A stretch of DNA of 63,961 bases, the filler included, from Choristocarpus tenellus KU-1152 (lineage: Eukaryota > Protista > Phaeophyceae): the NCBI GenBank assembly GCA_964200185.2. It is 9 parts of 9 records of this genome, joined end to end, with 100 filler letters (N's around TTAATTAATTAA, not from the genome) between each part and the next. Parts side by side here need not be neighbours in the genome. Positions count along the whole stretch, not along the records: positions 52,193 to 55,007 come from CAXNAD020024511.1; positions 55,108 to 61,359 come from CAXNAD020008567.1; positions 61,460 to 63,961 come from CAXNAD020027277.1; 6 more parts are not named here. One strand, 5' to 3'. This document shows, piece after piece, positions 52,880 through 63,961 of the stretch (its first letter is position 1; every line of letters starts with the position of its first letter). Position numbers and translations under genes: made by a program. The notes under the pieces are model-generated. The model saw nothing but the letters and a program-made list of their open reading frames with translations. It was not told where the DNA came from and searched no databases.

Positions 52880-53940
52880 AGAGGTTACGCATGAAGTGTG
52901 TAGTCTCAGTTTGGTCTTTGGTGGTTTGTGGGTCCATCGAGCGTGTAGAGCCGTCTTCTTGTCTGTGTACAACTAATGTGTGTGTGTGTGTGTGTGTGTG
53001 TGGAAACTGTCCCAGGCCTTTTGAGTCCATTGATTGATCTGATCTCGGTGGTGATACGAGCTTCAGCACTGATGGTGTCTCCAAGGCAGACAAACACTTC
53101 AATCTTCATGTAGCCTTAGCCCAGTGTCTGGATCTGCGTAGTGCCCTGCGACCTTGTTGGGGGAGGTCAAAAGACACATGGTTTCTGTCTTTGATTTTGG
53201 ACATGGTCGGCTTGAAGGTTGTAACTGCCATTGCAGTCACTGTCGTCACCCTGGCTAAGCTTCTGTGGGGCTATTGACACGGTGTCCACGCCCTCAGCTT
53301 AGAACCTACCACACTTACCACTCGAGTGTTACCCCCACTCCCTGTTGCTCCTCTGACCTGGCTGTTTCTCACGCCTCTCCTGACAACAAGGTCCTTGGGA
53401 GATAGCCAGGTCAGAGTTGAACTCTTCAACTGGTATGCTTAGTAATGCAGTGGGGAAAGGCGATGAACTGAACGGGGGCAAGAACTTTTGTTCTTGAAGA
53501 ACATTTTCTTGAAGATTCCTTTTCCTGACCTCGAACCAGTCCTTGCACTCTCCATCATCCGTGCAGATACATGCCCACGTTCTGAAGTGGAAGCCGTGGT
53601 TATCTCTAGGATCATATTTCTCAGGCACTCCAAGCTTGGCAAGCATAGCCCGTAGGAGGTTTGGTTAAGCAGTCAAGTGCTTTCTGTAGTTACGATGAAA
53701 TACAAGAGACAGTGCTACGTGCTTCTCATGCCCTAGGTCCTGAAGGGGCATGGAAGGCGTGCATCATGTCCACTGTGGAGCACCGAGGGCAGAAGACCAC
53801 AGTTCCGTGTGGGAGTACGTTCTCTTGCTCCGAGTACTATCCCTGTTATTTTGCAATGGCGTCGAGATTCGGTTTGCCAGTGGTTGGCACCCGTGAGATG
53901 CCTCCGCAGTTACCAACCGCTATCCATCCAATTCTTCGTC
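52880..53940 (-). mobile_element. Degenerate RTE-clade LINE reverse transcriptase
   Basis: GIS..TGK, ENVLP...FCPRCSTVDMM, LQKALD, LLRAMLAKLGVP, FH..ACICTDDGECKDWFEV and FVCLGDTIS..EI, across frameshifts. Confidence 0.82.
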
Positions 53941-54188
53941 TTGTAGAGTCACGCCCCTAATGACTACTCCGTCCTTCGAAACCTGTGGCACGCCTTCCTG
54001 GTTCTGTCTGTGGTCAACGCAACGCGCGATCTTGTGCAAACCCTCTTAATCTGTCCTGGTCTTTTGTCCTTGTTGAGGCCGTTGAGAGTCTGAGAGTCCG
54101 GGAGTCCGCTCGGAGAACTCCCGACTCCATCCTCCCTTCCCACTTGCCATATGCACGGATTGCCTCCGCCACGCCCACAGGTGTACAC

Positions 54189-54222
<34 letters not shown>

Positions 54223-55107
54223 CGGGGCGCTGTAAGTATACTTTTTTTTAATGGTGAATACTTCCTCCAGGAGGACTGAACGGGCTCTACCCGCAATGTA
54301 CTTGGCATGCATGAGCACGTGTTGATATAATGACCCTGGCGAAGAAGTGTAGGTTTCAGTTGTATCTCATCTATCTCTCCCTCTCTCTCTCCCTCCCTCT
54401 CTCCCTCCCTACCTCCCTCTCTCCCTCTCTCTCTGGTGTGTGCCTGCATATCCAACGTGTACATGGTGCTGTGCAGGGGGTCTTCAAACGTGAGCTGGGG
54501 TTTGATCGTGCTTACACAGGTCAGGCTTTCCTCCGCCCCTTTACACACCTCCCTGCCAAGTGGTTTGTCCATTCCGCCTTCGCTGTTATTCGTAGACTGT
54601 CCCCTGCCCTCAAACAGGATATCACGGGGGATTGCCCATATATGGTATCGCCACTGGCTGCCACGGCACAGGCCATGCGGGCAGAGGATCCAGGTGAGGA
54701 ATAGAGGAGTGAGGCGTCCGTATGTCCTGGGGGTGTGGTGTGTGTGTGTGTGTGGGCATGAGACAACTAAATATGTAATTATAGGTGTTCTCTTTACTCT
54801 GTGTTTCATAGTTATTTAAAAAAAAAAAAATTGAAGTTGGTTTATGTTTCGTCCAGTGACAGGCAGTGCTAGGTGGAGTAGAAATTTTGTCTAGTGAGAA
54901 AGTCTTCTTTGGCATGGTTGGTGTTTATCAGGGGTTGCTGTCACTATCAAACTGTGACCGCTTCTTCAGATGGGAGAGACCCTATTCCCAGTTCAATTCC
55001 CCCCCCCNNNNNNNNNNNNNNNNNNNNNNNNNNNNNNNNNNNNNNNNNNNNTTAATTAATTAANNNNNNNNNNNNNNNNNNNNNNNNNNNNNNNNNNNNN
55101 NNNNNNN

Positions 55108-55298
55108 GGTTTTTATGACATTTTCCTACTCTAAAATATTTCGGAGTAGGTCAAATGTATACGTTATGAAAAGGTGTGTCCGGAACAAGGATAATGGCAC
55201 TTCCTAACAAACACGGTAGCCAAGATTACATCGAAATCGCACCATTGGATTTTGACCCCCAAATGGACACGGCTCTACCCTCTAAGATACTTTGGGTC
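55108..55298 (-). mobile_element. MITE family A, truncated by contig start
   Basis: Ends GGCTCTACCCTCTAAGATACTTTGGGTC. Confidence 0.9.
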
Positions 55299-55540
55299 AA
55301 CTTTTACTCTTTTGGTAACTAGTTGAAACGGAAATATTGGGAGGTAATTTTATCTTTTGATTATTGGTTATTTTCCACTTGAATACACACTGCGCACTCT
55401 GCACGCTCTGTTCACGGACCTGGTAACCCTAACTCATGCGACTTGATATGTGGGCTGCATTTTTCGATTAATATCGAGTACACACGTTCTTTTTCGTCGA
55501 TATGGCTTATTATCCTCAGTAATGTTTTTCATCACAGGAA

Positions 55541-55699
55541 CACTCAACAAAGCAATTTAAGAAAGGAATAATGGGTTGCGATGTAGCTTCTTTTATTTCA
55601 AAATCATTGGCTAAGTCTGCAATGGCTGTAGAAATAAATGGAGAGCTCAAAGATCTATCAGAACCAATTATTACTGATTGTAATTTAAATGTTTGAACT
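55541..55699 (+). pseudogene. thrS: Fragment of bacterial-type threonyl-tRNA synthetase, N-terminal TGS domain
   Basis: STKQFKKGIMGCDVASFISKSLAKSAMAVEINGELKDLSEPIITDCNLNV*T; hand count 49/153 nt G+C (32%), unlike the GC-rich host exons. Confidence 0.75.
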
Positions 55700-56221
55700 A
55701 ATACGGAGAAGTTCTGCTATTTCTATAAAAATCCATCAAAAGCTCCATCAGATTTTGCGAGCGGGAAGGCATTGATCATCACACTGCCTTACCAAGCAAT
55801 ATACCCTTCCTTTTGAAGACTGGATGTGACAAAACTTTGTCTTATCACAATCGTACAGCTATGTATGCCTAAGTTAAGTGGCTGAGGATACCACAGATGT
55901 CCACAAGCTCTCCAAAAAACTCATCACCTGCCTCAGCGATCGATCATAGCTGACCATCTGTTGTTCAACTCCTTCGTCTGGATTGAATTCAACTCTCAAT
56001 TGGGCTTGAGCCCTTTGCTGATCAAAGCTGAAGTTTCGTGGGGTATAGTTGCCTTGAGGTTGGCCATCGCAGCTGTGGAGACCAGGTCCCCCAACCCCTG
56101 AGTGCAAACTGAGTCAAATATGCCTAAGACCTATTACTTGTCTGCCCCATGTGTGGCATCAGGTACAAGCAAAAGCTAGACCCTTCAACCATCCGTTCAA
56201 CTTATTTAAAAATATTATTTT

Positions 56222-56436
56222 GAGTGAAAGTATCTTCCATAAGTTTTTAATAACATTTTACCTACTCCAAAATGTTTTAGAGTGTGTTAAATGTGTAGGT
56301 TATGAAAACGTGTGTCTAGAACAAGGATATTGATATCTTCTAATAATAAGCACGATAGTCAAAATTACATCCAAATTGGAACATTTGATTTTGGTCCTCA
56401 AATGGACGCGGCTCTACCCTCTAAGATACTTTGTTT
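56222..56436 (-). mobile_element. MITE family A, internally deleted copy
   Basis: GAGTGAAAGTATCTT ... GGACGCGGCTCTACCCTCTAAGATACTTTG. Confidence 0.88.
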
Positions 56437-56568
56437 TTCACTCGCAGGAAAGATGTGGATGTATGAGGGCACTAAACACTGATACTGGATACCAACTGTA
56501 GGATAGGAGGCTCTAAGACTACCAAGTTTTCCTCAACCACAATGAAAATGCGAACGGTGTGATGTGCA

Positions 56569-57065
56569 CTGGGGAGCTAGGCCTTGTTCCAGAGCACCCC
56601 CAGACTTGGGGAACACTAAGTAGAATATTTTCGAACCGTTTTCACGCCATTGCAGAGCCATTTCGCATCATTTTCGAACAATTTCGTATAATGTTTTTGG
56701 GGATTTTTTTGGTCATGATTGGACCACTCTCTACCATGTTTTTGATAAGGGTTAGGATTAGGGATAGGATTAGGTTTCAAAAATTCGTGCAAAGAAGTGA
56801 AAAAAAAAATCAGTGGGGCCTCCTCAAGGACTGTGGGGGCTCTTGAAGGGAGGGGATCTCCCTTGTGGACTATAGCATCCCCAAAAACACGACCAAATGT
56901 TCAAGAAATATCGCTAAAATGATGTGAAAATGCTATTAAAACGTGCCCCAAAACACGTGAAATGGTTCGAAAACACAGCAAAAATGTTCGAAAATTAGGT
57001 GAGAAATATTCCACTTGGTGGTCCCCAAGCCTGGGGGGGCTCCAGAAGAAGGCCTAGCTCCCCTG
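56569..57065. mobile_element. Fold-back MITE with ~60-bp TIRs, probably Tc1/mariner-type (TA target)
   Basis: Left GGGGAGCTAGGCCTTGTTCCAGAGCACCCCCAGACTTGGGGAACACTAAGTAGAATATTT matches the reverse complement of 57004-57063; right end CCCCTG|TA. Confidence 0.85.
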
Positions 57066-58232
57066 TACACATCAACGTTGGCAATCATGACAACACAAGT
57101 AACATCATCTCACGTCATGAGGAACTTCTCGATCATCTTGGGCTTCTTCCTGACCAAACCTTGATGGGATCCCACATAGTCCATGGATCCGAGAAGGGGG
57201 GACTGGGAAGGGTTGCACATACTACGTCAGATCCTGCACTTATCTCTTGAGGTGAATAGGTAGGTGCAGTGATGCAGGCCTTCACAGTTGGGCATCAAGG
57301 AGCTGCACAAAGGCAGAGAAGAAGGGGATAACTGCAGTGGGGGCATTGAGGAATATGTGGGTAAATGGCTTCGCCTTTCTATTTTGTTGGTGTGATACTT
57401 TCAGAGATCCAAGTCAGGAGAGATATAATGGTGGAGGTGACTATTCATGAAGACTGGGTATAGTAAAGGAACAGAAGGGAGAGGTGCGAGAGGTGGAAAA
57501 AACATACTGGTGGTGTGGAGTCAGTCCATGTTCTGGCACCTATCGTTCGACTGTCTGGTACGATATCATTTGGTGGCTGCCATGATACAAGACTCGTCCT
57601 TTCCTTTCGACTCTCTTGTTCTGTTATTGGTGGAGAGTTAAGACTTACCAACCACAATATGTATCGCATGTGATGAGACCACATTTTGCACTTCAGATTT
57701 TGAAGTACACGAAAAACAGTAGTAAACGAAACGCCAATTATGGATACAGTACTTTGTATTCGAGTACTAAATATACTGGTAGTACGTCGTACATGCCAAG
57801 TTTTCATGTTTAAGAGGATAATATGAGGTTCTCGATATTAATCACAGGCTGTGTTCCTCTTCTCTTCTTCTATTGGCTTGTTGTTTTGGTTGGGACAAAG
57901 TACTCCATGTATATTCACGCGTTCAACAGATACTAATAGTACTTAACATTTGTCATGTAGAGAATTCTGATTTATTTTGTGCTTCAGTGAAACAAGAAAG
58001 TACTCTTACATACTACCTTCTTCCCTATCAATATTTAAAATTATGGTACTACTCATTTCATTCAAAAATGTTACGCGTCACAAATCATGAGTCATTTCTG
58101 GACCAATCATTGTTGTGGACGGTTTTCGTGTTTTGGATATCTTCGTCCTCACTCCACCTTCGCTCAGTCCCCAACATTGTAGCCCAATCTCAGTCGCAAC
58201 AAGCATCACTACACTGTACCAACAAAATCGAG

Positions 58233-59123
58233 ATGAAGACATCTGCTCAGATGTTTTTCGGTGCTACCGCCGCAATTCTGTCGGCCTCGTCCGCCTTTGT
58301 GCAACCTCTTAGTGGATCCCTGGTTGCTAGGGCCAACGCTGGTGAATTTGCCAGCCTCAAGATGAGCGCAGGACCTGACTACGTCGCAACCCTCCCCGGC
58401 GCTCCATTCTCGGACGGGGCTGTGTGGGATCCCCTTGGATTCTCAGTCAAAAACGATCCTGAGACGATCAAGAAGTTCCGCGAAGCGGAGGTGAAGCATG
58501 GTCGTGTTGCCATGCTTGCCGCAGTTGGCATCCTTGTGGCTGAGGTGAGTTTCGATGTCTTACGTTCAGTTCGTTCGTGGGACTTTTACTGCATTTGATA
58601 TTTCTTTGTGCTTCAGTGGCTACCAAGTCACTACTCTTGAACTTTCGCTTCGCCTTCTGCATGTATGTAATCTCAAGCAAATCTACACTGGCTGCGTGTA
58701 ACGTAACACATACAGAACACCTACCGCTCATCCCTCGTTTTTCATCATTTGCAGAGTTTCCATCCCTTGTTCATGGGCCCCAATTACATCGGCCCCGCCG
58801 TGGACCACTTCCAGGAGATCACCGCCCGCTTCCCCGCCTTCTGGGTGGCAGCCGTGACTGGCATCGCCTTTGTGGAGTACCAGGCCATCACGCAGGGGTG
58901 GGGGGAGCTGGACTCTACGACCGGGACTGGTAACCTCAAGGCTGAATACACCCCAGGAGACATCGGGTTCGACCCTGCTGGGCTCAAGCCCGAATCCCCT
59001 GAGGAGTTGAAGGTGATGCAGACGAAGGAGCTGAACAATGGACGACTGGCGATGATCGGAGTAGCGGGTATGCTGGTTCAGGAGCTTGTGGACGCTCAGA
59101 GCATCCTCGACCACTTCGTATAG
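58233..59123 (+). CDS. LHCX: Light-harvesting complex stress-related protein, LHCX/LHCSR (LI818) family; exons 58233-58544, 58755-59123
   Basis: SSA-FVQP bipartite presequence; WDPLGF, REAEVKHGRVAMLA, FHPLF..IGPAVDHFQ, YTPGDIGFDPAGLKP and MQTKELNNGRLAMIG. Confidence 0.92.
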
Positions 59124-61318
59124 AATTACATAGATGTATTGATCTGGTGTTAGAGATTTTTGCCAACACGGTGGGTATATCGAGTTCCTCTCACAACTGT
59201 GTAGATTGCATAAATGTAATATTTTTGTGTGAGAGGTTTTTGTCAATTTGATGGGTATACGGGATACCTCACAACTCTATAGGTTGAGACAGGCTGAGAG
59301 ATGGTATGATCTGTATTTCGGTCTCGATTGATTGGTACGTGTAAATGCCTGTATTTCTTCGATGCACTCCAGCGAGCTCGGGTCCTTGCTAACAAAAACC
59401 ACAGTTAGTTGACATTCTGGGCCAATGGTTGGTTTTCAGAGTCAAAACAGCTTGATCGGTTTTTGGCCCTTCTTCATTGAAAGAAAGAGGAGAAAAATAT
59501 TGTGACAGGGTTGCAGAACTTCAGAATTTGCTTTTCTTTGGAGTTGTATTATTTAGAAGAATGAATGTTGTGGTATGAGGTAGGGTAATACATTATGAAC
59601 TTTTTTCTGTGCACTGTTGTGTACACGAATCACTATCACTATGTGCAAAACGTTCTAGGTTTCTATGAAAAGAATGGAGGAGGCTCGCAGAGAGCTATCA
59701 CTATCTTCATAATGATTAGCTTATTGTCTAAAATGCGCATCCCTTTTTTTTAATGGGAAAGAGCACCCTTTACTCTTTCTTCAGCCCTGGCTACCTTTCA
59801 GTCGTGTTTCTGAAAGCAAAATCTGATTCAGTGCTTGTTCATCTGCAACTATTTCTTAAGAATATTTTCCATCTCCTTAAAGGAGGATGTGACGGACATC
59901 AGCCACGGAAACATCTGAGGTAGTCCTGAAACTTGTCTGAGTGATGATGTCAGTGGGCGAACAAGGTTAGGCCTGTAGGGGTTTCTTCGTTAAAAGTACC
60001 TCCCTACTGCGTAGAATTCCCATTTGTGATGATAAATACAAAATGAGAAATGGATAATCCATTTCCACAGAGCTGAGTTATGCAATGTCGTCACCAAAGC
60101 TAAATCTTTCCTGTCTTCTTGTCAAGTATCTTTTTGCACTACCTGCCTCTCACCACATTGCCTATAGATCCCTTCATTTGTCAACCTTGCGAATTTCTTA
60201 AAGACTGCTGCTCCATTCTCAGATAATTTGGGGAGTCAAAATTTGAACCTTCAAGGTCCACCTGTCTATTAGCTGGTTGTTCACTTGGGAACTGGCTGTG
60301 TGTAAAAACAAACGGAAAAACCATATCTACCTTACAAATGTGAAGAAGCATCCTCTCCAGTTATGAGGATTGTATGTTGAGTGATATCATGACATTTTCC
60401 ATCCTTTCTTAATCATGGAACGAATCAAGTAAATTTTGTATATTGTGTCCTCTATTTCACTGAACAACTATCACAGTAGTATAGAGAGGATGGTGGCGGG
60501 GACTGTTGGTTTTGACTAACGTCACATCTGTCAGTTGTTGAGCAACTTGAAGCTAGGAAATTGATAATATTATTTACTGTAGCTATCACAAGAAGTAATC
60601 CTGTGTGAAATGTTCCAGCTGTCTTCAGACCCTTATACCCTCCCCACCCGGTACACTTGTACACTGGAATTTTTTACCCAGAATGATTTGCTTGTGTGTT
60701 TTGAACACACAATCATTGTGCCCATATGCTACATGCTTGTGTAACATCAGTACAACTCCTAGTTCAGTCCCGGTAGAATGATCAATGCCAAAAATCCAGT
60801 TTATAGAAAATACAACTACCACAGGGGAGCACATTGGAGAATAGACCCCTGAACTTGGATCAATGTTCCTGCTTGGAGTCTCCTGTGTCAATTTTCGTAT
60901 CAAATTTTGTAGGGCTTTTGGGTCAGAGGTATGTGGTGTGCCACAAAGCGGGGAGAGGCACAATACTATACTTTTTTGTTTTCTATTATATCGCGCATAA
61001 GCCCAACTCATTGTTAGAGGCAACACAGGAAAGAGGAATGGGCAAATGTAAAGAAGCGCACAAAATAATGAAGGAAAATTCAAGCACCACAAGAAACGAT
61101 TGGACAAAGGTGCACTAATTGGTTCCTGTAGACACAAGGACCAAGGTCCGATGCCACTCAAACGGCTCAGTAAAGCAGTTGATACAAAGGAGAGAAGTAG
61201 GAGCGGGACAAGAGTACCCATCTATCTATCCTATATATTGCTGCTGCATTTCAATTAGTGTAAGATTTTTTCTGTTTCAGCAGATGCCAAGATTTTGTGC
61301 TTCAACCTTCACCTCATA

Positions 61319-61352
<34 letters not shown>

Positions 61353-61721
61353 ATATTACNNNNNNNNNNNNNNNNNNNNNNNNNNNNNNNNNNNNNNNNN
61401 NNNTTAATTAATTAANNNNNNNNNNNNNNNNNNNNNNNNNNNNNNNNNNNNNNNNNNNNCACCGAAACAATTTGGCGTAGTCTGGATTTAACTACTCCTT
61501 TCCTACCATATCCTCCCGCTCCTCTCCCTCCTATTGTTATTGTACTATTATTAATGAGTTCCAGTATATTATTGTGTAAGGGAGGGTTGATTGGGGGAGT
61601 GAACGTTAACCCCTCCATCGATGGAAACCTTCGATTTCGATGTGAATCGTATCGATTCGATTGACCATCATTTTTATTGGAAATTTCAATTTCCAACCAA
61701 AATTTCCAGTTCAACTCTGAA

Positions 61722-62970
61722 ATGGTGCCTTGGTGTGCTTACCTGGGGGCTGTGTTGCAACTTGTAGTTCTCCTGGAATCATGCGGCGTACAGGCGAAAA
61801 CCTCGCAGGGGTCACAAGGGCATCATAAAGGACTACAAGTGGGCAAGGGAGCAACCGAAACTAAGCCAGATAAGGTACAAAATCCTGGTTTGTGATTCCA
61901 TCACGATCCCTGATGGAGTCCCCTTCTTAACTCTCGAGGCCACGCAATGACTTGGTCAAAGGAACTGGTGATCGAATAAATAGGCCTCTAACGTGTCATA
62001 TACCTTATACAAGCAGGCGGAACGTGAAGCTACCAGATGCCCATTGGACATCGAGGTGCTGTGGACAGCTGATGTGGATGGCCCTGTCTACAGCACACCG
62101 TTGATCTTCCCCTTTGGCAATTATGGAAATAAGCAGGTGTTAGTTGCAAGTTCTTCCATATGGACTAAGATTTCGAATACCCTCTACTACTTGCAAACAA
62201 GTCCAACCGCATTCCAGACCGAGAACCTAGTTCGTGTTCTCTTCTCACTACGTTATCCCTGCCTTCACGCAATAGGTTATATTTGCTACACTTCTCCGTG
62301 CGATTGAACTATTAGAGGCAGATGGATCAGTTCCTTGGCAATGGCCTGTCGAACTTGATGCTACTGTGTTTCATGCATCACCGGCACTACACGACATCGA
62401 TGGGGACGGCGTGCAGGTGCGAGTCGTGGATATGCATGTGTTGGAAGCAGCTAAGACTAATACCTTCTGTGCAGCACCTGCCCTGTGTGATTGAAAGATC
62501 CTTTGTCGGCAATTTTGCGCAATCTAGGCTTCGTTGCTTCCTATAGTGTATATAGATGCACTTCTAAGGCATCTGTGCCTCCTTGCAATGTCGTCTGGTG
62601 TCATCTAATGTATAATACTGTGTAGCAATCTACAGTCGTATCGAATGTTTTTTATCATGCTGTAGAGGTGCCAATGGAGGTTGGAAAAACTACACCGGTT
62701 GCCTTGCCCTTTTTTGCTCCGAAGACTTCGAAAGAGATCCGCTTATAACGAAAACTGGTAGCCCCTCCCTGCGCTGGGTAAGATCCAAGTGTTACCATTA
62801 ACTACAGTTAGTATCTCGCTTCAATTCTACGGGTACCAATTATTTCCAATTTTTCGTCTTGAACCGCAGGAGGTTTGTGTCTGTGCAACTGATGGCAATA
62901 TCCACTGGCTCAGGTTGGGCGATGGACCAAACTACCTACCAGAGTATCATTTGAAGATACCTCCCTTAAG
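61722..62970 (+). CDS. DEX1 (defective in exine formation 1)-like FG-GAP/beta-propeller secretory protein, 3'-partial; exons 61722-61874, 62017-62136, 62276-62416, 62870-62970
   Basis: Signal peptide; CPLDIEVLWTADVDGPVYSTPLI...IELLEADG..WP...FHASPALHDIDGDGVQEVCVCATDGNI...LKIPPLR; phase-consistent GT-AG introns. Confidence 0.85.
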
Positions 62971-63961
62971 GTGACAGCGGACCTTACCCTGCGTTTTCGT
63001 GTTGTGCGACTATGTGCCCAATACTGAGCAAAAAATGCGTAGCCGTTGTCCAACATATTCCATGTCATCTGTGCTTGGTTATTGTGGTGGTGGATTTGTT
63101 TTTTTTCTACACTTTTGTCTCCACTGTACGGGAGTGTTGGCATTCATTGAAATTTGTTTGTTTTTGAAGTTAGGGTTAGGGTGTAGACATGAATCTCAGC
63201 CTTCACTGTATGGAAAATAGGTTGAAACACCACCCTTTCTTCACAGACTGGCTGTTGTTCACCTCCTAATTTCACACACACACACACACGCACACACAAA
63301 TACACACATACACATACACACCCCATCCCACACAGTCTCACAAAGGACACCATCGCCACACTACGGCACTTGAAGATGGATAAGGATACAAACATCTCAG
63401 ACAACACTGGGAGACACACTGGGATTGAGGTGCGATTACACATCTGGGTCATATCTCATCGTCTACCGAGGCTCCCTTTACCTGTTATATTTTATTTTTA
63501 TTCATTGTTTTCCTGTCACAATATTCGCAACTGGTGATTCATGTAACCTAGAGTACCCTAACCCTAACCCTAGAGTACACAACTTCAGCCACTGCAGGAT
63601 GTTCTGCACGGAGAGCGCAGTCGGTGGCATGAGTCTTTAGTGTGGTCAGGTAGTCTGTAAGATCCTAGACACACCTTCTATCTCTTTTTCTGGCATAAGG
63701 ATTTGCCCCATCAAGTTTTACCTATACGCTGCTTTTTTTCAAGGTAAAATCCTACCATCCCTTGAGGACTATTGCCTCCTCTGTTTTGGTCAACCTCCCC
63801 ATTGCCTCAGCCCTTGCCCTTGATTTTTTTTTGTTTTTCTAACTGTGTTTCTATTGAAGGAAGGCGTTCCGTACACATCGGAATTGAAAACACAAGGTTC
63901 TAGGCTCCGTGCTGACCCTGCCAATGGCTTGGGGGAAGCGGGGGGGGGGGGGGAGGGGGTT

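Noticed and set aside
53964-54809. 281-aa ORF
   Set aside because: Runs through CA, GA and TA microsatellites with no recognisable domain
55874-57807. Possible minus-strand exons upstream of LHCX (and plus-strand candidates at ~36421-36558 and ~38761-38830)
   Set aside because: Splice-like boundaries exist, but I could not build a phase-consistent or recognisable protein

Overview
This is eukaryotic nuclear DNA from a photosynthetic stramenopile, most likely a brown alga or close relative. The evidence is intron-rich genes, ASAF-type bipartite plastid presequences and TTAGGG repeats. The window is nine unrelated contigs joined by artificial 100-bp N44-TTAATTAATTAA-N44 spacers, so synteny across spacers is meaningless. 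Spliced genes were reconstructed by hand: a DUF2462/C19orf53-like small basic protein, an uncharacterised repeat-domain protein, plastid phosphoglycerate kinase head-to-head with an SLC13/SLT-type anion transporter, a SKI3/TTC37-like TPR protein, a UVR-like+TPR protein, an LHCX/LI818 antenna protein and a DEX1-like FG-GAP protein. Mobile DNA comprises about 12 copies of a ~258-bp GAG...CTC MITE with 4-bp target-site duplications (Sola2-like), a G-rich sister family, a deleted Tc1 element, a fold-back MITE, two Copia relics, two RTE-LINE relics and a probable SINE. Two signals stand out. (1) Short TTAGGG insertions recur, and two carry direct signatures of telomerase-type extension from a TAGG seed during break repair. 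(2) An AT-rich bacterial (Rickettsiales-like) thrS TGS-domain fragment is embedded in a host contig. All family assignments are from motif recognition, not database searches.
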